A DNA stretch of 64,000 bases from Anolis carolinensis. Its lineage: Eukaryota. Positions 30,521 to 43,108 of this stretch are shown piece after piece (position 1 is the first letter of the stretch; every line of letters begins with the position of its first letter). The position numbers and the translations under genes were made by a program. Below the pieces are notes generated by a model. That model searched no databases, had not been told where the DNA came from, and saw nothing but the letters and a program-made list of their open reading frames with translations. The DNA is taken from the NCBI RefSeq assembly GCF_035594765.1, contig NC_085841.1:144073574-144137573 (forward strand). The letters run 5' to 3'.

Positions 30521-31879
30521 TGGGCCAGATGTCAATAGAAACATGTGGAGCTTCTGCACCTAAACTTCCCAAGTTGGAACTAAGAGACACTCAGCCTGCA
30601 TAGTGTCCTCACCAAGCGCAGGATGCATCCCTCTCCCAAATCCGCCTTGTGTCTTGGACAGTGAATGTGGAGGCTGGAGCACAAAAGCCCCAGCCTCCAC
30701 ATCCACTGCTCAAGACAAGGAGCAAACCAAGATGGGCTCTGCAGTAGCAGGGAACCCCTGGCCCCTCCACTGCTCTTGGGCCTTGGGGCTGAGACAGCGG
30801 GAGGACTATCCATCCAAAGCATCTCTCCTACAGTTTCCAGTGAAAATACTGTGCTCCTGTAGTTTGATGGGAGAAGTTTGAAAGAGGACAGGATGGAAGT
30901 GTTGGACTTGAGGGAAACTCGCTCTGCTCACCTTCTTTGGAATCAAAAGCTCCCCTGAGCTGAACAGATCACCCACCGACAAGGAAAGAAAGGAAGTCAA
31001 AACATTCATTTGTTCCCTATCAGCCTCTGGTGGCAACTTGGAAAATTACATCAAATGTGTACAGACTGAAAAAGATTGGCAGGCCTGATATTTGGTAAAA
31101 TACTTTCCCCACAGTTTGCTTTACAATGCAGACTGGATTTGTGAAACAAAGGGAGAATGGTGGTGGGAAGAACAAACAAAGCATTTTAGTTTTCCTGTTA
31201 GGAAATCTAAATGCTATACATTTTGGCTTCTTCATAGATTTGTTGAAACCGGGAGATCTAATAGATCTTCACGGGGAGATTAAGGATGTCAAATTGCACA
31301 ATTATCAGGAGCCTCAGAGTTTCAATTTTTTTTAAATGCTTGTTCTGCTTTCATTGAAAAATACCATTTTTGAAAACTGTTGTGTGTGCATAGAATTGCC
31401 AGGTGTCCCTTATGACCGCAAATGTTCTGTTTAAGGATTAGAAAACCTTTTCTTTTATGCAGAATGAGCAAAAAGAAGATGTGTTAATGTCACCCCAATG
31501 GTTATAGAGGCAGGATTCCTAACTTACGTCATTCCCCTCCTGCCATGCGTGTCTGGAATTCCCTTGTTTTTAGAGTGTTGTTCTTTGCAATATTTTTTGT
31601 GCTCCTACTGTCTATGTAGATGAAGAAGTATGCATATGCAGTGCTTGAGCGCACACACTAAAAAAAAGGAGGTGGCCCTCAGAAAACACAGGATTTGCCA
31701 GATTTTGGTGATGGGAATATTTTGCTGTGAGGTGTTAGCTGGCTCTGACTGTTTTCTGTCTGCAATTCCCCTGTTTTCAGAGTGTTGTTCTTTATTTAGT
31801 GTTCTGATTTTAGAGATTGTATTGTTCTGTTTTATTATACCACAGTAATTTTTATATATTCTGATTTTAGTGTTTTTGA

Positions 31880-33137
31880 ATACTTGCGCGCAGATCCCAG
31901 TAGGGTGGCCTTTTGCAGTTGGCAGATTGTAATTTTGTCAATGTCTATTGTTTCCAAATGCCGGCTGAGATCTCTTGGCACGGCACCCAGTGTGCCCATC
32001 TCCACCGGGACCACCTGCACTGGTTTCTGCCAGAGTCTTTGAAGTTCAATCTTGAGGTCCTGAAAGCGGCTGAGTTTTTCCTGTTGTTTTTCATCAATGC
32101 GACTGTCACCAGGGATGGCAACATCAATGATCCAAACCTTTTTCTTTTCCACAACTGTGATGTCTGGTGTGTTGTGTTCCAGGACTTTGTCAGTCTGGAT
32201 TCTGAAGTTTATTTATTTATTTATTATTTACATCACTTTTACTCCGCGTTTCTCCCCGAGGGGACTCAAAGCGGCTTACAATAAATAGGCAAAAATTCAA
32301 TGCCTAAAAACAATGTAAAAACAACAATTCATATAAAACAATCTACAAAACAACAATTCATATAAAACAGATACTATTATAAAATAAAATCACATTATAC
32401 AAATTTTTAAGCATGTCCAAGATTAGAATCCGTTCATCCAGAAATCCTCAATAAGTCTTCGTACAGGTCATGTAAAGTCCCACAGTATCTTTGTGTGCTC
32501 ATTTCCCAATACTTTTGCAGGTTTGTGATCCCACCAGTTCTTTACTGCTGGGAGGTGGTACTTGAGGCATAAGTTCCAATGAATCATTTGGGCCACATAG
32601 TTGTGCCTCTGTTTGTAGTCTGTCTGTGCGATTTTCTTACAGCAGCTGAGGATATGATCAATGGTTTCGTCGGTTTCCTTGCACAGTCTGCATTTTGGGT
32701 CATCAGCTGATTTTTCGATCTTGGCCTTAATTGCATTTGTTCTGATGGCTTGCTCCTGGGCTGCAAGGATCAGGCCTTCTGTCTCCTTCTTCAGTGTCCC
32801 ATTCGTGAGCCATAGCCAGGTCTTCTCTTGTTAGCTTTCCCTTCAATTTTGTCAAGGAACTTTCCATGTAATGTTTTGTTGTGCCAGCTGTCAGCTCTAG
32901 TTTGTAGTGTGGTTTTCTTGTACTGGTTTTTTTGTCTGCTCTGCTTTGAGGAGTTTCTGATTTTTGACTTCAATCAAAGCAGGTTCTTCACTTTACTTTA
33001 CATATTCTGCCAGGGCATGTTCTTCTTCTTTGACTGCTTGTTTTACTTGTAAGAGTCCTCTGCCACCTGATCTTCTAGGCAGATATAGCCGGTCAACATC
33101 ACTGCGAGGGTGCAGTGAATGATGAATGGTCATGAGT
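31880..33137 (-). mobile_element. R4-clade (Dong/Rex6-like) non-LTR retrotransposon fragment with CCHC knuckle and restriction-like endonuclease; interrupted at ~32208-32473
   Basis: LHPRSDVDRLYLPRRSGGRGL; CRLCKETDETIDHILSC; RHNYVA; KILWDF..HNTPDI..IIDVAIPGDSRIDEKQQEKLSRFQDL..LQKATLLGSAR. Confidence 0.85.
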
Positions 33138-33142
33138 TATTA

Positions 33143-33187
<45 letters not shown>
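33138..33187. repeat. (TTA)n/(TAA)n microsatellite
   Basis: Direct reading; abuts the 5' junction of the R4 element. Confidence 0.9.
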
Positions 33188-33188
<1 letters not shown>

Positions 33189-33774
33189 TGATGGTGTTGA
33201 GGATGATGATGATGAAGGCGACAATTAGGAGTTTGGATTGCTCATGCAGTACCTCTTCCAAGACATGATTCATGACCCTTTTCATTGTTCGGAAGATACA
33301 TATGGTCCATGAAACATGATACACCATGGTGTTCTAGAGTTGTTCCACTGCTCCTCCCCCGAACTTGGAGGAGCAAGGACTCTCCAGTAAGACATGCACC
33401 CCCACAGAGGCCTAGCACTCCCCCATAGGCCTCACAACCCTGAAAGAAAGAACCTGGCTTTGGAGATAAATGGCACCCCCAAGAGCTTCCCCCTCACCTG
33501 AGACATGTAGGGCAACCTTGATGGCATCTAGGAGGTCCCCACGGTCAGTTGGAAGACAGATGGGACAGCAGGAACACTTTCCATAGGGAGAGAGAGGGAA
33601 AAAGAGATAAATCAAGATAAAAGAATCAGTGCTTCAATGTTAGTGGTCTTTGCTTCTTTTCAAAACGCTGGTATTTGTCTGTCTGTCTTTCCAAAAGATT
33701 TGCATGATGTTTTGAAGGCAACTCTGATGGAATTGTTTCGAAAGTCAAGAGTGACGTTTCTCATGCACTACCAT

Positions 33775-34680
33775 CTTTAAGTCCTCCAAATCTTGGAAGG
33801 GACGCAGCAGAGGATCAGCCGAAACTGCTAGTCAGCACTCCTGACCGTCGCATTTACCTGGGTTGACATTTGGAGAGACGGATCCAGGAGCACTCCCAAG
33901 CTGCAAACACAGTCTTTCAGGGGAAGTGTAACCCCATCCAGATTAGGACCCTTGAGGACCAGCACCTCTGTTTTGTCTTGATTAAGTTTCCATTAGTTTT
34001 TCCTCATCCAGCCCATTTCCTCCTTGAGGCATTCATTCAAAGGTGACACCTTAGCTGAGGATGTTTTTGAAGGTACTAAGAAATATAGTTGGGTGTTATC
34101 AGCATTTGATAACACCCCACCCCATGCCGACAGATGATCACTCCCAGCAGTTTCAGGTAAATATTAAAAATAATTGGGGATAGAGTGGCACCTTGTGCAA
34201 TGCCACATAACAGCTCCTTTTTTGAGGAGCAGCTATCCCCAAACACCACCATCTGGAACCTGCCTGAGAGGTACGACCAGAACCATTGCAGCACATTGTC
34301 TCTGATTCCCAGCCCCTAGAGGCATTCCAGAAGAATACCATGGCAATTGTATCAAAAGATGCTGAGAAGTCTAGAATCACCTACAGGGTCACACACGCCT
34401 TCACAGCATTAAGATGAGGATCATCCACTGCAACCATGGCAGTCTCAACTCCATATCCCACTCTGAAGCCAGTTTGAAGTGGGCCAAGGAAGTTTGTGTC
34501 ACCCAAGACTACATGGAGTTGGAGAGCTACCGCCTTCTCAATCAGCTTGCCCAAAGGTCAATCAAAACATATGGGACTTATAGTCATTGGAAGTATCATT
34601 GAAATTTCTCTTTTTAAACCCACGTCCCCCTCAAAGGGGAGGACATTTTCAACAGTGGTCAAACTATTGCTTCTTTTAAA
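33775..34680 (-). mobile_element. L2 LINE reverse-transcriptase fragment (decayed)
   Basis: ILDFSASFDTI; LQWFWSYLSGRFQMVVFGD..GIAQGATLSPIIFNIY; DGVTLPLKDCVCSLGVLLDP. Confidence 0.8.
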
Positions 34681-34723
34681 CAGGATGAATAATTCCCTTC
34701 TTGAGAGATGCACTGATAATTTG

Positions 34724-35222
34724 TTGTAGAGTCTCACTTATCCAGCATTCTGGATTATCCAATGCAGTCTGCCTTTTAGTAGTCGATGTTTTTGTAGTCA
34801 AAGTTTTCAATACATTGCGATGTTTTGGTACTAAATTCGTAAATACAGTAGTGACTACATCAGGGGTCCCCAAACTAAGGCCCGGGGGCCGGATGCGGCC
34901 CTCTGAGGTCATTTACCTGGCCCCCGCCCTCAGTTTTATAATATATTGTATATACATATAATACTGATAATATTATCATATAATACTGATAATACATATA
35001 ATACTGATAATATTATATAATGTAATACAATATAACACTAATAATAATACCATATAATAATATTATATTCTATATTACATATAATATTACTAATAATATT
35101 ACAGTATAGTGGTATAGTTGTTTTATTGCTTTGTTACTGTTATTTGTTTGTTTTATCGGGCCAGGCCCTATGTAAGCCGTCCCGAGTCCCTTCGGGGAGA
35201 TGGGGCGGGGTATAAAAATAAA

Positions 35223-35273
<51 letters not shown>

Positions 35274-35474
35274 GTTCAATATAGTAATATATAATGCTAA
35301 TATTGTGCTATGCTAATAATATAATATATTCTATGTACATATAATTTGTAAGCCACTCTGAGTCCCCTTTGGGGTCAGAAGGGTGTGATACAAATGTAGT
35401 AAATAAATGCAGTAAATAAATAAATAATAAATTTTAGACAGGCTCACCCAAAGTCTGAAATGACTTGAAGGCAC

Positions 35475-35517
<43 letters not shown>

Positions 35518-35990
35518 CCCTAATTAACTTGACTATCTCATTGGCCAGAAGCAGGACCACACTTCCCATTGAAATCCTGATAAATGTATGTTGGTTAAAA
35601 TTGTTTTTATTTTTAAATATTGTATTGTTCTTTCATTGTTCTTGCTGTTGTTGTTGTTTTTGCACTACAAATAAGACATTTGCAGTGTGCATTGGAATTT
35701 GTTTGTATTTTTTTTCAAATGATAATCCGGCCCCTCAACAGTCTGAAGGATTGTGGACCGGCCCTCGGCTTAAAAAGTTTGAGGACCCCTGGACTACATA
35801 ATGTTACCTTGTACTGAACTGCTTTTTCTGTCGATTTGTTGTAAAACATGCTGTTTTGGTGCTTAATTTGTAAAATCATAATGTAATTTTACGTTTAAAA
35901 GACTTTCTTTAATCCCTCCTTATTACTCAACATTGTCGCTTATCCAACTTCTGCCAGCCCGTTTATGTTGGATAAGCGAGACTCTACTGT
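34724..35990. mobile_element. Tc1/mariner MITE (CAGTAGAGTCTCACTTATCCAA family) split by a hAT element
   Basis: Left TIR remnant gtagagtctcacttatcc; right TIR ggataagcgagactctactg|ta. Confidence 0.75.
34861..35791. mobile_element. hAT non-autonomous element, copy 1 (AT-rich interior with (AAC)n and (TTA)n tracts)
   Basis: TIR CAGGGGTCCCCAAACT/AGTTTGAGGACCCCTG; perfect 8-bp TSD gactacat. Confidence 0.88.
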
Positions 35991-36819
35991 ATTTGAAAGT
36001 GAACTGCATTGCCTCCCTGGACAACCAGCCAAGAGGGGCAGGGATGGAGAAAACAGGTTGTCCTCCTTACGTGCCCCAGCAGTTTGTCCACATCAACAGT
36101 ATTTAGAACTGAAGCTGATCCAGTGTACAGTCATCCCACTCAGAGTTGCTAGACGCCTCGTTAACAACTTCTGGTCCAATGACTGTCTAAGTCAGCTCTT
36201 ACGCAAGAAGTTTTATCTGCAACATTGATATTAAAGATGTTAGCAAGGGGTGGAAGATGAGTGGAAACAGAGTAGAAAACACACACAAGACCCTTGCGAG
36301 GCAGGCAGGCTTTCATGGCCTCCTTCAGCTGCAGAGTGGGGCAGACTGTCTCATAGGCAAACAGCTGATTCCAGTCCTGAAAACACTGCAGAGTCCTCAT
36401 CACAGTTTCACAGCCTATGGCCTTGTATAATACCTCATCAGCTTGAATAACCACTCTTTTGAGCTCTGGATGTCATCCAAAACTCCTTTGGAGGTTTATT
36501 CTTAATGTAGTTGTTACTCATAACTATATACAGGTCTTCCATTAGTATATGAAGAAACTCACACAAACAAGGATGGCTATAGATTACATATGCAGAAAAT
36601 CTGAGCAAGGCCTCTAAAAATGGCAGATAGCAAGGCACATGGCAGAGAAGGGAGTTCAACACAGGCCACTCCCATTCTTCCTTCCAGAGGACAGAAAATG
36701 AGTCAGCTGTCTGTCTCTCTAGGATCACATCTCTACTCTCTTAACCCTTTCAGTGGACTGTGCTGTGAACACATGTCTGATAAGAACTTGTTTTTCCACA
36801 CCCTGAAGGTACAGTAGAG

Positions 36820-37525
36820 CAGGGGTCCCCAAACTACGGCCCGGGGGCCGGATGTGGCCCTCCAAGGTCATTTACCTGGCCCCCGCCCTCCGTTTTATAA
36901 TATAATATTTTTATATCAGTTTTAATAATATATTATATATACATATAATATTGATAAAAATATTATAATGCTATACATTATAATACTAATAATAATACCA
37001 TATAATAATATTAAATTATAGGTTATATATTACATATAATATTAGAATACAGTGGTATAGTTCAATATATAGTAATATATAATGCTAATATTGTGCTATG
37101 CTAATAATATAATATATTGTTTGTACATACAGCTGCTCTGAGTCCCCTTTGGGGTGAGAAGGGTGGAATATAAATGTAGTAAATAAATAAATGAATAATT
37201 TTAGACTCAGGCTCGCCCAAAGTCTGACATGACTTGAAAGCAAACAACAACAACAACAACAACCCTAATTAACTTGACTATCTCATTGGCCAGAAGCAGG
37301 TCCACACTTTCCATTGAAATCCTGATAAATTTATGTTGGTTAAAATTGTTCTTATATTCAAATATTGCATTGTTCTTTCATTGTTGTTGTTTTTTGCACT
37401 ACAAATAAGACATGTGCAGTGTGCATAGAAATTTGTTCATATTTTTTTTCAAATGATAATTCGGCCCCTCAACAGTCTGAAGGATTGTGGACTGGCCCGC
37501 TGCTTTAAAAGTTTGAGGACCTCTG
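36820..37525. mobile_element. hAT non-autonomous element, copy 2
   Basis: Same TIRs and interior as 34861-35791; perfect 8-bp TSD cagtagag. Confidence 0.88.
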
Positions 37526-37849
37526 CAGTAGAGTCTCACTTATCCAAGCCTCGCTTATCCAAGTTTTCTGGATTATCCAAGCCATTTTTGTAGTCAATGT
37601 TTTCAATATATAGTGATATTTTGGTGCTAAATTCGTAAATACAGTAATTACTACATAGCATTACTGCGTATTGAACTACTTTTTCTGTCAAATTTGTTGT
37701 ATAACATGATGTTTTGGTGGTTAATTTGTAAAATCATAACCTAATTTGATGTTTAATAGGCTTTTCCTTAATCCCTCCTTATTATCCAAGATATTCACTT
37801 ATCCAAGCTTCTGCTGGCCCATTTAGCTTGGATAAGTGAGACTCTACTG
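37526..37849. mobile_element. Tc1/mariner MITE (CAGTAGAGTCTCACTTATCCAA family)
   Basis: TIRs cagtagagtctcacttatccaag/cttggataagtgagactctactg, TA flank; its original first 8 bp are at 36812-36819. Confidence 0.85.
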
Positions 37850-38659
37850 TACGTACAATGCATTACTATCTAATACAAAAGACATCACAGTGAACTACTG
37901 AAAGTTCTAGCAATGGCCATCTATTTAGTGTATGTTAATGTTTTTCATATACCGTATATGTATGTAGTGTTGGAGACTTAACTCCTATTGAAATACCAAG
38001 TAATACTGAAAGGAACTGAGAAGAACGAATTACCTGAGGAAGATATACCCACAACAAACATCGAAATAAGGAAATACTACCCGGGACACCTTGTAGTAAC
38101 CTCAGTGACCTCTTAGAACTCTTCTCTGACACTACTACAACTTCTTGGGCAACAAACGGTCCTCCAAGAGACTTAAGATTGTGTTTTTGAACTATTAGAC
38201 AGATCCTGTCAATATATAGGACCTTGGAATTGCCTTTACTAAAAGGAGATTGATGTCTCCCACTTTAAATTTATATAAATACAGACATTTACTTGAAATA
38301 GAGATAAGATTTGTATTTGAATGTTGTATATAAAAGAGATCAACTACATAATAGCATATTTGATGTTCCAATAATCAACAATAACATACTATTGCCTATG
38401 TACTCCTTTATATAGATATCTGTGCTGTAAATATATGAAGACAGACAGAAGCAACTTCATGGCAAGTGCATGTTAATCTGCCTATGCAGACAGTATTGTT
38501 AACATTATTTTTTAAGTGCATAGGTACTGTATGCAATTTGAAACGGAAATTGTTTTCCAAATAATAACACTGTATATCAAATCAGGTATTGAAACCTGTC
38601 TTCTTTCTTTAGTGTCCCATTGCGAAGTGATATTTTTTTGTCAAAATAGGAAAGGCAAC

Positions 38660-38746
38660 ATGGCTGAGAAACCTAAGCTTCATTACTTTTATGGAAGAGG
38701 TCGAATGGAAACCGTCAGGTGGTTGTTATCTGCTGTTGGAGTTGAG
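38660..38746 (+). CDS. GSTA-like coding exon 1
   Basis: [29 protein letters not shown]; an acceptor at 38648-38649 implies an upstream UTR exon. Confidence 0.93.
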
Positions 38747-41700
38747 GTTTGTTTTCATCCCCACCCCCACCCCAAAAATACATCATATCATTTTCAGAAT
38801 TCATTTGGGTTACTGGGTTTTATTGGTTAATTCCTTCACTTTGAATTTGGAAGGGGGCATTTTCAAACTCACCCCTTTACTTTGAGGTTGAGAGAGTGTG
38901 TTACTGTCTCAATGTGCTTTCTCCAAAGTTTCAGGGTTTTTAAAAAAACAATAAATCTTGACATTTTACATTATGAAATCACTTGCCTTTTTTGTTTTTT
39001 TATTTGCTAGTTTGAAGAACAATTTATCCAGTCAAAGGCAGATCTAGAAAAATTAAAGAAAGGTGTGTATGTCGTCTAAACCTTTAATGTGTCTTCTTGG
39101 GTGACTAAACAAATATTTTGGCTTTGTGAAAAATCCTTTAAGATATTAACATAGACATAAAGATTTACAGCCAAATTACTCTATTGTCCCCATCATAGTT
39201 AATGGCAAAACATGAATTCATGGTAATGGAGCAGGAGTCTGGTGGATTCTCTGCACAATGTCATGTAAAGAACAAATACACGCCTGTATGTTTTCATATA
39301 GGGTTTACTATCCATGTTCTGCATTGTGTACCAAATATGTATATGTGGTTTCATGTCAGAACCAGTTGTTTGCCTTTAAGTTGGGTTTTTTATTGGTTTT
39401 ATTATTTGTTCAGAGAGATTTTGCCCCTGCTTTCCTGAGGCTGAACGTATGTGGCCTGCCCAAGGTCACCCAATGGGTTTCCATGGCTGAGTGGGGATTC
39501 CAATCCTAGTCTCCAGGGTTGTAGTTCGACCCTCATAGATTTACACTATGCTGACTCTTATGCAGAAATAAGGGTGAATATTTTGGAAGTCCTGCATTGG
39601 TTATGTGGGAAATAAACCGATTTCTCCCCAATTTTCCTTCCACAAGATGGACTCCTGCTCTTCCAGCAAGTGCCCATGGTGGAAATAGATGGGATGAAGT
39701 TGGTGCAGAGCCGAGCCATTCTCAACTACATTGCAGCAAAATACAATCTCTATGGGAAGGACATCAAGCAGAGGGCACTGTGAGCAACATTTCTACATTT
39801 AGTTAATGCATGTTTGCTTCTGCTTGCTGTGTAAGATATCGGAAATCTGGTTTGCCGTATGATCTGGGTTGTTTTTGTTTTGATCGTGACAGAAGTGAAT
39901 TGAAAACATACTAATTTATGAGCCAATACGGTTCAGCTCATTGCCACTGCCACAATTGAAAAGTGCCAGGTAGAGCACTATTTAGACTGGGGCACCTGCT
40001 ACACAACTGTATAAAATCGAGATTATCTGCTTTGAACTGGATTATATGGCAGTATAGACTCAGATAATCCAGTTCAAAGCAGATAATCTGGATTATCCGC
40101 TTTGATAATCTGTATTATATGGCAGTGTAGAAGGGGCCTGGGTTAATTGGAAGCCAAGCATCCTATCTCCAAAGTTCAGCCTCTAGTCTGGGGTGGGCAG
40201 GTTGTGCTCTTCTGTTTGCTATTGAACTCCAGTTCTCATTTTGATTTCAAAATCAAGAGATTTTGCGTGTTGCATCCATCAGTACCTAGAGAGGGTTACA
40301 TGTTACTTACCTTGGCTTCAGACATTAATTTAATCCAAACAAATGGGAATTCAATGCACCTTTCTCAAAAAAAAATTCGTGTCAGGAGCAACTTGAGTCG
40401 CTTAAAAACCTTTCCCAATGTTTTGTGTACATTATATGAAAAATTAATTATATGGAAAAAATTAAATGCTATTCCTTTGAAGGAACACAACTTGGACAAT
40501 ATTAAACTGTAACCCTTTACAAGCATTTATGAGTGAGCTGCAGTAAATCCAGTTCATCAGGGTGGCATCCACACTGCAGAGTTATAGCAGAAAGATACCA
40601 CTTTAAGGGTCATAGCTCCACCCTATGAAATGCTGGGATTATAGTTTCCCAAGATTCTGTAGAACAGCACCAAAAGTAGCGTCAAACTGTTATAATTTTA
40701 CAGTATAGATAGACTGCAGACCAAAACAACAGAAAGAAGGGTCTTATCCAAGATGGGAATCTTGAGTATTGTGTTTTTCAGTCTTACAGAGCAAACTTTA
40801 TGGAAAAATTATTAGCAAGCATTGTACTACATTCTCTTTTCTAACAGAATTGATGTGTACAGTGAAGGTGCTTGGGACCTGGGTGAAATGATCATGCAAT
40901 TACCCTGGAAATACATTGATCCGGAGGAGAGGGAGAAGGAAACAATTGTGATCCTTGAGAAGGCCACTGGCAGATATTTCCCAGTTTTCGAAAAGGTAAG
41001 AGGATACTGTGCTATGAGAAAAAGTGGGTTGCTTAAGGTCAACAAATGTTAGCCATTGAAAGTACCATTTGGATTATATTGCAGTATAGACTCATACAGT
41101 CCAGTTCAATGTAGTTAATCTGCATTCTGAAACTAAATGATATAGCGGTTTAAATCCAGACCAAGAATACGGGTGTTACACTTTTGTGCAGTTCACCTTC
41201 ATGTGATTCTAAGAGTTTACCATAACATAAGTGCATGAAAGGAAACTTTGCAAGAATTGAAATAAGAAGAATGTTCAGGCTAATACTTTGTTAAAGTGTT
41301 TGATGCTCCTGGCCTACTCTGCTACTGATGTTTGGAGTCCTCCAGTTATCTTATATACCAAACTGCCCATGGAAACAACTGGACACAGTTGTCCAATGCA
41401 GAACATTGGTATTCAGTTCAGAATCGTGAAAGTGAAATTGTGCATGGGATACCATTGTGCATGCAGTTGGGCATTTTTGGATGGCATGTATCCATCTGTC
41501 CTTGTGGCAATTGGTGGTATGACTCTTTTGGTTGTGCATTCCATTTCACAATGTTGCCATTCAATATAGGAATAGCATAGTACAAACAGAAAATATTAGA
41601 ACTGGATAAAGGCCACCTAGCCCAACCTCCTACCATTCATGTTGTATGTTCATGGTGTCCAAAACGTGGCAGTGGCTCTTCAAAAACATATGCCAATCCA

Positions 41701-43108
41701 AATATGAATACTTTGATTTAATGATGCAGTATTCTCCAATGGGTGATCCTCAAAGTAGTACAGCTTTATTGTTTCAGTTTACTATATATGCTTAGAGCAG
41801 TGGCTGTCAACATTTGACTCTCTGCACCCTTTGGATTCAACTCCCAGAAGTCCCCTTTAATGTGGCCAATTATAATTTGCAGTCCAAAATACTTGGGAGA
41901 AGCAATAACCTGTAGTATTGAAAGCACCTTAAAATATTTCCTACTCTGTAGGTTCTGAAAGATCATGGACAAGATTTTCTGGTGGGGAATCAGCTTAGCA
42001 GAGCAGATATCCAGTTGCTTGAGACCATTTTAGCAACAGAAGAGCTGAAGGAGGGTGTCCTCTCCAAGTTTCCTCTTTTAAAGGTAAACAAGCTGTTTTG
42101 GCAAGGCATGAAATGGCAGCGCAGTCTTGCAGGGTACCAGGTCCCACGTGTTTTTAGACACTGGAAGATGGTGTGCAAATCCTGTCTAGGTGGATTCACA
42201 AAGCTGTGGAAAAGGTTTATGTTCAATGGAGGCAGGGTGGGGAAACTGGCTCTCTAAATGTCAGTTCCCTTAATCCTTTAGCTATGTTGGGCAAGACGTA
42301 TGAGACAAAGTCTAACACAGTGATAAAACTGAGAAATAAAGAAAATAATAAAATGGGACATAGAATAACAAGTCCCTTGCTAGAATCTATGAACTCATTA
42401 CATTGGTATGCAACTACAGAAAGTACATAGCAAGGTCATGAGACTTGGCTAACCCCTCCCATTCCCAGTTATTGGTAAGCAGCTGCTACAACCAACTGAG
42501 CTCTGTTTCCCTGTTGTTCGAAAAGTGGTTGACTGACATACTCATCCTCTCACATGTGTTCTCTGTCTTGTGCCAGGCAGAAACAGGGCCCTTGTTACAA
42601 CAAGTGCACACACATTCTGCCCTTGCAACGGAGATAACTTGCACGAGTGGGGGTTGGCACTATCAACCAACTGCTACACAGAGGTTCATCGTTCACTATG
42701 GCAGCTGAATAATAAATTGGTGCTGGGGGCATTTCATGGTCTCTACCTCCCTTAAATAGGGAGATATATAGGGATTGTATATGCAGAGCAGTTATAGATG
42801 TTCAATTCTTGGTTACACAGGGGACATAATATTTTTACTTTAATCAAAGAGATTAGGATTATTTATTGTCAGAAATACAGTACCTTTTATTTATGCATTT
42901 ATTGTTTTTTATTGTTAAGTTGTAATGCCGTTATGCAATAGAATTTTTTCTTTGTGTAAAATTCACACACTCCCCCTCTCTCTTTTAGGCTTTTAAAACA
43001 AAAATAAGCAACATCTCTAACATTAAGAAATTTCTTCAGCCTGGTAGTCCGAGAAAGCCCCCCCTGGATGAGAAAATGCTGGCAGAAGCTATCAACATTT
43101 TCTACTGA
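38660..43108 (+). CDS. Glutathione S-transferase, alpha class (GSTA-like), intact spliced CDS of 223 aa
   Basis: join(38660..38746,39011..39062,39647..39779,40848..40995,41952..42083,42989..43108) = 672 nt, GT-AG. Translation [23 protein letters not shown] (catalytic Tyr9, Arg15), [66 protein letters not shown]. Exon sizes 87/52/133/148/132 follow the GSTA pattern. Confidence 0.95.
39011..39062 (+). CDS. GSTA-like coding exon 2
   Basis: [17 protein letters not shown]; 52 nt. Confidence 0.93.
39647..39779 (+). CDS. GSTA-like coding exon 3
   Basis: [45 protein letters not shown]. Confidence 0.95.
40848..40995 (+). CDS. GSTA-like coding exon 4
   Basis: [49 protein letters not shown]. Confidence 0.93.
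41952..42083 (+). CDS. GSTA-like coding exon 5
   Basis: [44 protein letters not shown]. Confidence 0.95.
42989..43108 (+). CDS. GSTA-like coding exon 6 (last)
   Basis: [42 protein letters not shown]. Confidence 0.93.
   Translation, partial: AFKTKISNISNIKKFLQPGSPRKPPLDEKMLAEAINIFY

Noticed and set aside
30929-30976. Exon-like minus-strand stretch (VGDLFSSGELLIPKK|gtgagc)
   Set aside because: The acceptor position reads CG rather than AG and I recognise no homolog; insufficient support.
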